Shown here in pieces: positions 47,124 through 57,771 of a stretch of 64,000 bases of DNA. Both the position numbers and the translations under genes were made by a program. The notes beneath the pieces are model-generated. The model had not been told where the DNA came from and made no database searches. It saw only the letters and a program-made list of their open reading frames with translations. The stretch is from Caecitellus pseudoparvulus. Lineage: Eukaryota > Protista > Bigyra: Bicosoecida. Position 1 is the first letter of the stretch. Each line of letters begins with the position of its first letter. The stretch spans positions 186,001 through 250,000 of the forward strand of contig CBFFRQ010000069.1 in assembly GCA_965644315.1 (NCBI GenBank). The letters run 5' to 3'.

Positions 47124-49547
47124 ATGGTCACCGTCTGCCGAAGGGCTAGCCTGGCTCCGCTGCTCCTCGCGGCCATCGCGACCGCTGCAGGCGTCGATCA
47201 GTTCGCGCTGGAAGCCGAGATAAATGCCACATCATCTTTGATTTCCCTGTACCAGCGCCGCCTCTCTGTCCTGCGGCACTTGCAAGCAGAGGAGGCGGCG
47301 GGTAAGAAGTGCGTGCGCAAAACGCAGGTGAAACGGCCCCCTCCTGCACCCTCGCTGCTCCGCCTCAGAGTCTCACCAAGCTTGATTGCAGCTCTGGCGA
47401 ATTCCTCAGTTGAACTACCACTGGCTCCCCTTTGTGGTGGGTGCACGGGGCCTGCCTTGGGCGTTGAGCACCGCGAACTTTCGCGGGAACGAGAAGCTGC
47501 CTCCTTCCAGAAGTGGTTTGTGCCCAGGGGCACGCTGAAGCGCAGCGGTGCCAGCTGCATGGACGTGCTTGCAGTCAAACAGCGAGTGTTTTCGCGCTCT
47601 TCCCATCGCGATGGGTCCGCGCCTCGCGAGGGCTCCACCAGCTTCCTCACTGCGGTTGCGTCATCGGACGGGCTCCTCACGATACACGACGTAGACGGGT
47701 CGCTGCTCCATACTCAGCCACTGCCGACGAAGAAGGCGACAAGTGGCGGATCTGCACTTGAGCCATGTGTTCCCACACATGTCAAGTTCGGACCCTCTTC
47801 TTCGCGGCCGTTCATCATGCTCACGACGAAGGACGGGCGCTTGCTTGTGTACCACATTTCGCTGTGGCGCCTTGGCCACCTGGTGCTGGGGGATCGCCGA
47901 GCTGCCCACCGAGCAGTTGCAGAGGCTGCCATGAACGTGACCATTGCGCGACGGGCTGGAGGAGACTCTACCTTTGGACGCAACGCTTCCCTGAGTGTGT
48001 CTGGCGCAGAGGACTTCTTGGACGCTGGTGGAGGGGGCTCCGGAGTGGCAGTGCTCACGAACCTCACAGCGAATGTGGACATCGGGCAGAGTCTTGCCTT
48101 GTACAAGGCCCGCATGCAGGTGGCTGTCGTGGGGGCAGATGGCAGAACACTGCCCGTCGCTGAGGAAACCTCGGCCACCTCGCGGCCGGTGCCAGCTACG
48201 AGCATTGCCTTGTACACCTCAGGTGGGGTGCAGCACGTCATCACAGGCACTGCAGATGGTCATCTGTGCATTTGGAATGCCGATGCCCAGCTCCTGGACG
48301 TCCACGCTCCGCGGCCCAGTGCCCTCGCACGCCTGTCAGCCACTTCGGAGCCAGGCCCGCTGGTGCCACAGTACGCCGTGACTGCCTTGGCGAAGGGGTC
48401 ATCCACGATAGCATACGCCATGACCAATGTTATCGGGTTCTTTGCGCTTTCCAGGGGATCCTTCCAGCCTTTTGTCTGCCGAGCGGTGAGAGCCAGCGCC
48501 TGAGAGAAGGCCATCCGCCTCGCCACTGGTCTGAACCGCACCCCTCGCCCCCCGCAGACTGGAAACATCACGTCCATGCAATATGACTTGCAGTCTAAGA
48601 CGTTGCTCTGGGCGGCTACCTCAGCAGGAGACGTCCTTGTCTTCCACACACGCCACCGGAAGGCCAAGGGTTCGTCCATGCCTGAGTGCCGCCGTAAGTT
48701 ACCTGCGCCTCCGACTGTCAGCAACACTTGGCACTGCAAACTTACGACGCTTCATTTGCAGTGCTCCATCGGGTTTTCACTGGTGTTGAGCCTTCTGGCA
48801 GCGCCCCTCAAGTCGGGCTGTTCAGGGGCTATGCGCTCGTCCTTGCGGGCGGCAGCGTACACACGTTCAACACAACTCGGCTAAGCTCCTCCAGCCCACA
48901 GCTCGCATTTGTCTCACAGCAACTCACAGAGCATAGCAATATGACCACACCACTGCTGGTAGCGACAAGTGGCCCTGGGCGGGAGGCGCACACTGTAGAC
49001 TCGCGCCTCGTCGTGTACAACCCGGCGGGGGGGAATGCCTCCATCTTTGAAGCCCTACTGCCGTACCACAGGGCAGCACCAGGTGCAGACTTCAGCTGGA
49101 TTCGCGTCCCTGCGTGAGTCCCTGCAGCGTATGGGAGCAGTCTGCCCCCGCGCACACTCTCGCCGATTCCAACCCCGCAGGATCTTCCTCGCCGTCGTGG
49201 CTTTCGTTCTGTACCAAGTCTACAAGGGAAAGCGCTCTGAAGGCTTTGACCATGGCACCACTGTTCGGGCCATGGCAGGAATGTTGCGTCGAGACCCAGG
49301 CGGCTTCCCGAGCCGAGCAGAGGGTTTGGCAGGCACGAAAGAAGAGGTTGATGCCCTGCTGGCGCGTTTGGCTCGCACAGCCGGGGGTTCCTCTGCCCAA
49401 GACGTGCCCCACATCTCACCCGATGTCATTGCCGGGTTCGCAGCAGGTGGCACCGGGGGGGACAGGGCAGCAGGGGCCTTGGGTGGCTCCTTTGCACGAG
49501 GTTTGAGCCCCTCGTCGCTGGCCCGGTACAACCCTGACTTGGACTGA
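47124..49547 (+). CDS. Type I membrane protein: signal peptide, coiled coil, WD40-like propeller, C-terminal TM
   Basis: LAPLLLAAIATAAG signal; AVASSDGLLTIHD, ITGTADGHLCIWN and WAATSAGDVLVF blades; IFLAVVAFVLYQVYK TM; 3-4 introns. Architecture recalls plant At1g75140 (from memory). Confidence 0.7.
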
Positions 49548-52500
49548 TCAGTACCCAAGGTCAAACCAGTTGTCCCACACTTGCCTCGTCCGCGCGAGCT
49601 CTGTGCGGCGCGAAGCCTCTCGCTGCTGTGCATAGGGCTTTTTCAGGACACTCTCCAGGGCTCGTGGGTGAGCTGAGCTGCCGTCCGGGGCAGAATGCAT
49701 CACTGGCCCTGGCCGCCACGCACTGTCCGGCTTGAGACCCGCTACAGTGAGCCTGGCTTTGATTTCACGTTCCAGGCGCACTGCATCGGTCAGGTTCTGG
49801 TTGTACACTTTGACTTTGTGCTCCACCGCCAGCAGCTTCACATCGCCTGTGGAGGTGTGCGATGCATGCACTTCGGACCGGACCGCTCCCCCGCCAAGCA
49901 CCATGTTGTGCCCACCTTCGGTCACGATTTGGTCGTCATCAGATCCTTTGAATAAAGCAACCTGGCCATGTCCCGCTTCCTGGGCGGCGAGCTTCAGCTG
50001 CTTGACGCGATGCGCTGTGGCCTCAAGGTCTATGTTGCCACGCTCGTCCATGAGCAGCGCCGAGGCCCGGCCGCGGGTGTGGAGGTCCTGGGACAGCGCC
50101 CTCGTGCGGTTTGGCTCATCAAGCTGCGTGGATGACTTGACGCCTTCCTCGATGCCTTTCGTCACCCACTCTCGCCGCTCGTCGTGCAGCAAGCTGACAA
50201 GCGCACCGGTGGATGGCCTGCTGTCAAGCGAGCCCACTCCTCCAGAATCCACCACTCCGAGGTGCTGAACAAGGTGCCCATTTGCCGATGGTGGGGTGTC
50301 AGGCATCGTGCTTAAGCGGGCCTCAGCAGTCTCCGAAGCCACTGTGACCATGGAAGATCCGGCTCTGGCTGGCAGGCGGCCGCAGGTAGCACTGACATGG
50401 TCTGTACCAGCAACGCCCGACTCGTGGATCATGTGATCACGCTGCTCTCCTGCAAGGGGCTCCCCATGGTGTGATCCATATCCATCGACATGCGCTTCAT
50501 GCTGGGCCGGCGTGGCCAACGGCGAGGACTCAGGCTCCATGTCCACTTCCACCACACGCGGTGCCAATGCCTCTCCGACGGATGCATCCCCCTGCAGCGC
50601 AGCTTTTCTTGCAGCCTGTGCAAGGGTCCAAAATTCTGCTTGAGTCTCCCTTTCTGACGTTTGCCAGCTCTGTGTGAAGGGGAACGCTTTGAAACCAGCA
50701 GGCGCTTCCCACCCTTTGCGCTGCTTGAGCTTCAACCTCTGGATGCCAGACATCGCGTACCTCGCCGGTTCCCGCCGCAGGGGGCTCACCGAAGGAGAAG
50801 GCTGTGCCATCACTGACCTGTCTTCATGCGACTTGGTCTCCGCTGATGCCAAAGCCAGCACCGCACCTTGCCTGGCCATCCACCCATCGCCTTCGTAAGA
50901 AGCGACCACAGCATCGCTTACCGAGGCTTTTCGAAGCTGCGTTCGCGGCTTCTTTAGCTGGGAGAACACTGCTGGAAGCGTGTCTGCTGTGGGAAGTGCT
51001 GTGTGAATGCTTGAGCAATGGCTGCCGTCAGGTTTGTCTGCAGAGGGAGCTTGCCAGCCAGTTCGCCAATTCGCAGCACAGACTGCCGACACCCCCGCTT
51101 GCGCAAGTAGCCGCGCCCAGTGGCTGTTCAGTGTGTCCCTCCACTCGGTCACTTTGAATGGCAAGCGACCCCTTGCGCACCTGGTCATGTAGGCAAGGGT
51201 GACAGCAACACGCCAGGCCGTGGGATGGCGGGCCATGTCATACGAGCCACTCCCCACACATGCTGCCGCGAACCACGTCGGGATGTGTTGACCAGCCTTG
51301 ACAAGTGTGCGATTTTGCAGCACTCCAGCACTTGCAGCAGCTTCAATAGCGCTTGGCGTCCAAAGCATGAAGTGCACAGGGAGGAGTCCGTTGGTTTGTG
51401 GGAGCGGCGCTGCCATCCAAGCCTTGCTGCCCATGACTCCCCCCTGCATGGATCCGGAACAGCATGCAGCGCGCGAAGCACGGTCGAGCGGGACAGGAGC
51501 TGCTAGATTTGACACAGAAAAGCGGTGTGGCACCGCGAAGTGTGGTCCTGTGAACGGCGGGGCGCCATCCGCCGCGCCAATGCTGAGCACGGCGTGGCAC
51601 TCAGCCCGCTCGCCAAGGTCCAGGTCGTCGCCCCACTGCACGCAGCATGTGCATGCTCTTGGAATGCAGCCCCTCATGCTTGCTGAACACCAGGACTGCA
51701 TAATGTTGGATGTCATGACCAGGCCGCATGTCTGTTGCCAGATGACGGTTGACAGGCACCAGACGCCCCAGGCAAGCCACGCGCACACTACTGCCAAACC
51801 AGACGCGGAGTGGAGGCGGCCGAGCAACTCGTACATCACACCACCTCCAAGTGCTGACGCACTGTGTAGGATGCTGCCCAATGCGAGGTCCAAAGTCGGC
51901 CCGAGCGATGTGACAGAGTACGCTGGGTCCGACACGAGCCACCATCCCCAACAGGCACGCACACCGGCGAGCCAAAGGAGAACCTTAGGCATTCCGCTCC
52001 AGAGCAGCGCTGTCGATTGTACTGTGCCCAAGTGCGTCCAGCGGGCCATCGCGCACCAGATGGCGAGCCACCATGCCATGACTGCGACCGTGACAGCAGC
52101 CACGGCAGGAAAGCCAAGCACCAACAACGAGCAAGCGAACACCTGAAACAATGACCCTCCCACGAATGCTCCAATGGGGAGGTGAGGGCGTGCCAGGCTC
52201 TGCAGGACGGCATCCCGGGAGAGGTGGCGTCCCGCCAAAGCTGCTTGGCTGCGCCGCAGAACGCCGGCCAACAGGTGCGGCAAGGGAAAGAGCAGCCCGT
52301 GTGCGCCACAGGCTACAGCGATTACAGGTGCCACTTGTGCCCACCAACGAGGTTCAAGGGATGCCAAGGTTCCCGGTGCTGTGGCTGCGAAGGCAGCGAA
52401 GGGTCCGGTGGGTCGTGCGTTCCACAGGACTGGGCAGGCAATGCAAACTGCTGTGGCTGCCAAGAACACCCTAGCGGCAGTGCTCAACTGAGATGCTTGG

Positions 52501-54689
52501 TCGCTAACATGCCCTTCTGCTGTGCTGCAGATTTCTAAAAGCAGTGGGGTGCAACATGCAATGACTCCGAAAAGGAAGCCCAACGCAACCTGCCGCTGCG
52601 TGTTCAGGAGGGCTGCGTCGTGAACAGGGGCGGTGAACACAGCGCTTGGGGGGTCGCTTGTGGCGCCTGAGATGTGCACCTCAGCTACGTTTTGGCAATA
52701 CCAGGGAAGACCTTCGCCTGCTGAGTAGGCCGCTTGCGGGAGCCCGGCATCTTTCGGCGGGGGAAGAGAGACGAGGAGGTTCAGGTGATCGAGAGGGGAC
52801 TGTGAGCATGCAGCAGTGGAGAGCAAGGCTGCATCGCCTTGAGAAGTGACTGAAATGGACCGGGCAAAGGCTTCTTGCAGTGAATCGTTCCCAAGGTGTG
52901 TGGGCGGCTGAGGAAGTGCTGGGCTTCGCTGTTGCAAGACCAGTAGGGAGGCGGTGGACGTGCTATGCAGGTCTGCTGCGCAGGGAACATGCGTGTATCG
53001 CAGGCTGGCAAGGTCCAAAGGTGGCCTTATGCCTGCTGATGATGGCACGTGCCACCAGCACTGCACAGGGTTGGTGTGCACAAGCGCCAGCTCACGCCCG
53101 TTCGGCCTGAGAAGCAAGCACGATGCAAAGCCAGCGAGCAGGGCGAGGCACACCGCGGAGCAGGTGAGAGCAGCAGTGACCTGTGCAGATCTGGCAGGTC
53201 GCGAGGTCAAGTTCGCCCACCGCACTTCATCTGGCGCTGGTGCGGCCTGGACAACGACAGGCACGGCCACCGAGTCGACCAGCACCCGCAGCCGAGCAGG
53301 CTGACAACAAGTGATACAAAGTGGGCCCCCATAGGCTGATGAGGCATAGTCTGCCAGGCACCGATCTTTGGATAGCTTGGAGTTAAAGGTGATGAACGCG
53401 GCGGCGCTCTGGCACGTGCCCTGGCTGACCAGCGACTCCACAGCCGTTGCCAGCGCTTCCCGGCGCTTGCTGATGGCGGGCGCCTTCGCAAGAGCAATGG
53501 CCCGAGCAATTTGCACTTGTTCAGTGGGCCCCCCTCGCAAGAGGTCTTGCTTGGCTGCCCGCTGGGCAAGGAAAGCATCGTCGTGCCGCGCAAGCGAGGC
53601 CAAGGCTGCCAGTGCACTTGCCTGCTGCGCTGCGCTTGTCTTGACCAGCTTGAGGTCAGCAAGCCACGACCCTCTAAGGGCTGAGTTTGGAACTGGGGCC
53701 GCTTCGCTGGTCTGCACCGTGACCGCACCGGCGACTGCCGGCAACAAGCGGTTGCGAATGCTGGTAGGGCAGCAAGCCTCGAGGGTGGGCAGCCGACGGC
53801 AGGGTCGGCGCTCATTCGCAAGCTTTCCAGCATCATACATCCCTCCAAAGTGGCGGCGAAGATGCTGGGGCGTCGTGTGTGACGGGAGCCCTGATACCAA
53901 CACCGAGTATGACGCGACGCTTGGGCGCAACGCTTCGCTGAGAGCCGTCTCGGCCCGGATGCTGCGGCGCAAGAGCACCACTCCAGCAGCAAGCACCAAC
54001 GCAATGAGCAGCTCCCCCGAGACAAGAAGGATGTCTGCGTCTACGCGAACACCCGAAAGTGGTGAAGCGGGCAGGCAATGAGGAAAGCTGCCAACGCCCC
54101 AGGCCAGCTGGGTGGTATTCTGCAGAACCGAAGCAGCACACACAGGGCGCACCTGGAAGGCCGCCAAGGATGTGCCTACAATCATTCGCGGGAGGGCAGT
54201 GGGGATGTACGATACAGCTGCATGGCTCTGCAACATCCACCCGAGAGGAGCTGAGGCAATAGCCATGAGCACCACAGCCACCACGGACCCGATCAAGAAG
54301 CGAGGGACAAGCGATGCACTAAGCCCCACCGCATGTGCTTGACAGGGCACGCAGCAGTCTTTGGCTCGAGTTTGCCTGCCACCGCTCCACCAACGCACTG
54401 TGCCACGTATCGCAGTGAGCGTTTCGTGCCTCGCGTTTCGCGCCGGCGCACAGGCGACGTTTGAGCACTTACACTGGTTCAGAGGCTGCATAGTATCCGC
54501 AATAGACCGCCGCAAATCCTGGGGATCAATGGCTTCAAGCATCTTGGCTCCCGCTTCGCCAGCCCTTGCCCTGGACCGGCCGCCCACTCCCTGCGCGACT
54601 GTGACTTGAGGTGAGTCCTGCGGTGACTGCTCCCTGCTGCCAGCACTTCCCGCCTGAGTCCACTTGCCCTGACTTCCTGCCCCAGACAT
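49548..54689 (-). CDS. Divergent OSCA/TMEM63 (CSC1)-like channel with long C-terminal tail
   Basis: SVASYSVLVSGLP...LRRHF, AAFITFNS, QAAPAPDEVRWANL, TAEGH; many hydrophobic segments; 1713-codon ORF. Confidence 0.75.
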   Translation of the reverse strand: MSGAGSQGKWTQAGSAGSREQSPQDSPQVTVAQGVGGRSRARAGEAGAKMLEAIDPQDLRRSIADTMQPLNQCKCSNVACAPARNARHETLTAIRGTVRWWSGGRQTRAKDCCVPCQAHAVGLSASLVPRFLIGSVVAVVLMAIASAPLGWMLQSHAAVSYIPTALPRMIVGTSLAAFQVRPVCAASVLQNTTQLAWGVGSFPHCLPASPLSGVRVDADILLVSGELLIALVLAAGVVLLRRSIRAETALSEALRPSVASYSVLVSGLPSHTTPQHLRRHFGGMYDAGKLANERRPCRRLPTLEACCPTSIRNRLLPAVAGAVTVQTSEAAPVPNSALRGSWLADLKLVKTSAAQQASALAALASLARHDDAFLAQRAAKQDLLRGGPTEQVQIARAIALAKAPAISKRREALATAVESLVSQGTCQSAAAFITFNSKLSKDRCLADYASSAYGGPLCITCCQPARLRVLVDSVAVPVVVQAAPAPDEVRWANLTSRPARSAQVTAALTCSAVCLALLAGFASCLLLRPNGRELALVHTNPVQCWWHVPSSAGIRPPLDLASLRYTHVPCAADLHSTSTASLLVLQQRSPALPQPPTHLGNDSLQEAFARSISVTSQGDAALLSTAACSQSPLDHLNLLVSLPPPKDAGLPQAAYSAGEGLPWYCQNVAEVHISGATSDPPSAVFTAPVHDAALLNTQRQVALGFLFGVIACCTPLLLEICSTAEGHVSDQASQLSTAARVFLAATAVCIACPVLWNARPTGPFAAFAATAPGTLASLEPRWWAQVAPVIAVACGAHGLLFPLPHLLAGVLRRSQAALAGRHLSRDAVLQSLARPHLPIGAFVGGSLFQVFACSLLVLGFPAVAAVTVAVMAWWLAIWCAMARWTHLGTVQSTALLWSGMPKVLLWLAGVRACWGWWLVSDPAYSVTSLGPTLDLALGSILHSASALGGGVMYELLGRLHSASGLAVVCAWLAWGVWCLSTVIWQQTCGLVMTSNIMQSWCSASMRGCIPRACTCCVQWGDDLDLGERAECHAVLSIGAADGAPPFTGPHFAVPHRFSVSNLAAPVPLDRASRAACCSGSMQGGVMGSKAWMAAPLPQTNGLLPVHFMLWTPSAIEAAASAGVLQNRTLVKAGQHIPTWFAAACVGSGSYDMARHPTAWRVAVTLAYMTRCARGRLPFKVTEWRDTLNSHWARLLAQAGVSAVCAANWRTGWQAPSADKPDGSHCSSIHTALPTADTLPAVFSQLKKPRTQLRKASVSDAVVASYEGDGWMARQGAVLALASAETKSHEDRSVMAQPSPSVSPLRREPARYAMSGIQRLKLKQRKGWEAPAGFKAFPFTQSWQTSERETQAEFWTLAQAARKAALQGDASVGEALAPRVVEVDMEPESSPLATPAQHEAHVDGYGSHHGEPLAGEQRDHMIHESGVAGTDHVSATCGRLPARAGSSMVTVASETAEARLSTMPDTPPSANGHLVQHLGVVDSGGVGSLDSRPSTGALVSLLHDERREWVTKGIEEGVKSSTQLDEPNRTRALSQDLHTRGRASALLMDERGNIDLEATAHRVKQLKLAAQEAGHGQVALFKGSDDDQIVTEGGHNMVLGGGAVRSEVHASHTSTGDVKLLAVEHKVKVYNQNLTDAVRLEREIKARLTVAGLKPDSAWRPGPVMHSAPDGSSAHPRALESVLKKPYAQQREASRRTELARTRQVWDNWFDLGY

Positions 54690-55115
54690 GCTTTGACGAG
54701 GCTGGCCTCACGTGAGCTGCTTCACTCTGGGGCTGATCCGTGGCAGCAAGGCGGCTGAGTGACTTGGGATGCAAGCGTTCGTCGTCACGCGACACAGCCG
54801 AGGCGCACGGAACGTGACTCTCTCACCAACATGCATACCTAGCAAGAAGTGGGACCGAGCCTGCTATGGTCTGGTGCTGCTCTTCAAGCAGTAGGCAAGG
54901 AGGGCCGGTTTTGTACCCACCCTGCGGTCCCAGCGCCAAGATCCCCCCCTCATGGCTACAAAGCGCACCCCTCAAATTCCACACACACGACCTGCTGGCC
55001 GCAGAGCCCACAAGTGCCACTGGCAGTCCATGTCTCATCCCTCAGCTCAGCTCGACATTTTCAGCGCAGACGTGGCCCAGTGTGGTAGCCCTGTGAGCAC
55101 TCTTTGCTTGAGGGC

Positions 55116-56184
55116 ATGGCGGCAGGTGAGGGCAAGGACGCCTGCTCTGGTGTGCCCAGCTCGGAGGTGTTCCCAGATCTAGACATCAAGCATGTTGATC
55201 CTACAGACAGTATCCCTGCCGTGGATGGCGTGGGCCCGGGCTTCTACGACTGGAGGGTGGTGTTTCCCTTTCTCGATGCCGTGCTGAGCCTGCGCGCAGA
55301 GCTGGCTGAAGAGGCCAAAAGTACACCCTGGTGGTACGACTGGCCGGAACAGAGTTTGTACAGCAAGGAAGATGGCATGGACTGGAAGGTAGGTGTGTGC
55401 AACCCGCCCCTGTCTGCGGAGGCGCCACTTGATGCTGGCGGACGTCGCAGGTGATGCCCTTCTGCCATACATTCCCTGCCAATCAACCGGAGAACAGGAC
55501 ATGGGTCGACAAGCACACGCAGGCCTGTCCCAAGATTGCGCGTGTGCTTCAGGCTATCCCTGGAGTGCGCACGGCCCTGCTGTCTAGGCTGGGAGCGGGA
55601 ACTGTGCTGAGTGTGCACCAGGTGCGAGAAACTCCAGCGAAACGCGAGCACGCCTCAGCCCATGTCCTGCCCTAGGCGTGCCTTCCACAGGGGTGGGCAA
55701 TTTTATCAAATCATGTGCTTAGGTGCCACCTCCCTCTAGATGTGCCAGACCTTCCGAGCAAGCTGCACATTTCGGCAGGCGACCAAACGTCGCCTTGTGC
55801 TGCCAGCCCTGGGCCTGGCTTCACGCCGCACTCTGCGCTGCCCGACGGAGAGGACGCAGACCTGCACCCCCTCTCCCCCCCCGGTGGGTCCTGTGGATTA
55901 GTTGTGGATTCCCATGTCACCTACCATAGCACCGAGGACATTGTCGTCTTTGACGATTCTCACCGGCACTACGCCTTCAACAAGCACCCCAGCAAGGACA
56001 GGCTCATCCTCATCTTCGACATTGCACGTCCTGACAGCGTCCCACCAGGCGTCGCCGTGGGGGAGACCACTGAGCAGGTGAGCGCCAGGCCCCGCATGCG
56101 CAGTGTGGCATGCCATGCCCTCGCCACCCCCTCCCCCACCCGCCACCTCCGCAGCTGCAAGGCTTCATCGACCACTTTACGTGA
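55116..56184 (+). CDS. Aspartyl/asparaginyl beta-hydroxylase-family 2OG-Fe(II) oxygenase
   Basis: WYDWPE, DWK|VMPF, TALLSRLGAGTVLSVHQ|GW, LRCHLPL, VFDDSHRHYAFN, RLILIFD; three introns. Confidence 0.88.
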
Positions 56185-56237
56185 CCTGCGTCACCCCAGT
56201 GCCTGGCTCGCACGGATACCAGCGCAGGCAATGCACC

Positions 56238-57547
56238 TCACTCGTCTGCGCTGGGCAGAGGCCACTCCACAGCCGGCGCCGAACTGCACATGTACAGGAA
56301 CGCCTCCAGGGGCACGCCTTCCCACAAGACACAGGCCTTGTGGGGGGACAGCAGGGCCGGGCGCCCAGCACTGCCGTATGGGAAAGGGTCTGGACTGAGC
56401 ACAGCCCGCACGGTGGGCCCAGGCACCCCCTGTATCACCTCCAGGGCCAGGCTGGCTCCAAACCCCAGCAGGGTGTCGGGGTACTGCGCCACTCGCATGG
56501 CTGCCATGAGGCTGAGCAGGGTGTAGTCGTGCCCACTGTACAGCACGAGCCTCTGCCCGCCCCCTGCAGCAGAGGCGCCTGGGGCACCGCCTGCGGCAGC
56601 TGCGGCGGCCAGGTCCTCCCCCACCTGGCGCAGCAGCGGGCCCGCCATACGCGCCCCCTGCCCTTCTGTGAAGAAACGCTCGTTCCACACACACCGCGCG
56701 AAGCGCCGCACTGCTGCGCGGTCCTCCACATCCAGCCGTGAATGCAGGGCCAGGCAAGAGGGCGCCACGAGGGGCGGCGGCCCTGACCCGCTCGCCAGCG
56801 CAGCTGCGTTGCCTTCAAAGCCCCCCTCGCACGCCACCAGCTCGTGCAGATGTGTCATGTGCCAGAGGGCTGAAGACACCCTCCAGGTGGTCTCGGCAGA
56901 GGCCTTTGCGCCGCTGCCGCGAATGGTCGTGGTGCAGTCTGTGGCCCTGTGCAGCAGCCTGCGCAGGGCACCTTCGTTTCGCCCGGCCACGCCGCCGAGG
57001 CGCTTGCCCACCCTCACACTCGTGCACCAGTCGGCGTACGCCTTCCGCTGGCCCCACAGCTGAAAGCGGTCGTCGGACGGCGTGTCCATCAGCGGCTTCG
57101 GCAGCGTGTCGTCCTGCGCGCCCTTCCACCCTCGCAGCAGCGCTGCGCCAGACTTCCACACCCGAGCCTTGCTGCTGCTGCGCCAAGTCACTGAGCCGAG
57201 GTCAGACACGAGGTGTCGGTACAACGACTTGAAATACCTTCCCAGGCTCTCCATCTGCTGGGTGCCATTGCTGTTGAGCGTCTCTGCCTTGCCTGGGAAT
57301 CAGCGCGTGGGCAGCGCCAGCGTGCGGATTTTGCAGGCGACCTGCGTGCATCCCAGCAGCACACACCTGCCCACACAGACGAAGCCGCACAGTCAGGGAA
57401 ACTCTTCAGGGCACCTCGACTTGGGTACCTGCTGCCATGTCGAAAAATCACGAGAGCTGCCAGGGGCTGACTGCTGGCGTAGTCCGGGACGAGGGGGGGA
57501 ATTGAGGAGGCGTCCTCCGCCCCAGGCCGAGCAGACGGCCGCTGCAT
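56238..57547 (-). CDS. Histidine acid phosphatase (branch 2)
   Basis: VIFRHGSRYP, LNSNGTQQMESLG after an intron (about 57293-57366), YSGHDYTL. Start uncertain. Confidence 0.85.
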
Positions 57548-57771
57548 GTCGACCCAAGCACTGGCATGCAGCTCTACGTGGCAAAGAGGGTGTGTGTGAC
57601 CTGGGTTCTGGGTTGTGGCTGCGGAGGCGCGATGCCCAGCTGCAAACTGGGCACGCTTGCAAGCGACGCAGTGCCACGCCCAGCCTCAAAACCCACAGCC
57701 TGCTGAGCACCCCAGCAGCGTAACGTACACACGTGCACGACCACGTGCGCGACGCCGGCACTGGTAACACC

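Noticed and set aside
56238-57547. Apparent frameshifts or split ORFs in the histidine phosphatase, MLH3, B55 and others
   Set aside because: Each is resolved by a canonical GT-AG intron that restores the conserved motif. They are not pseudogenes or recoding events.
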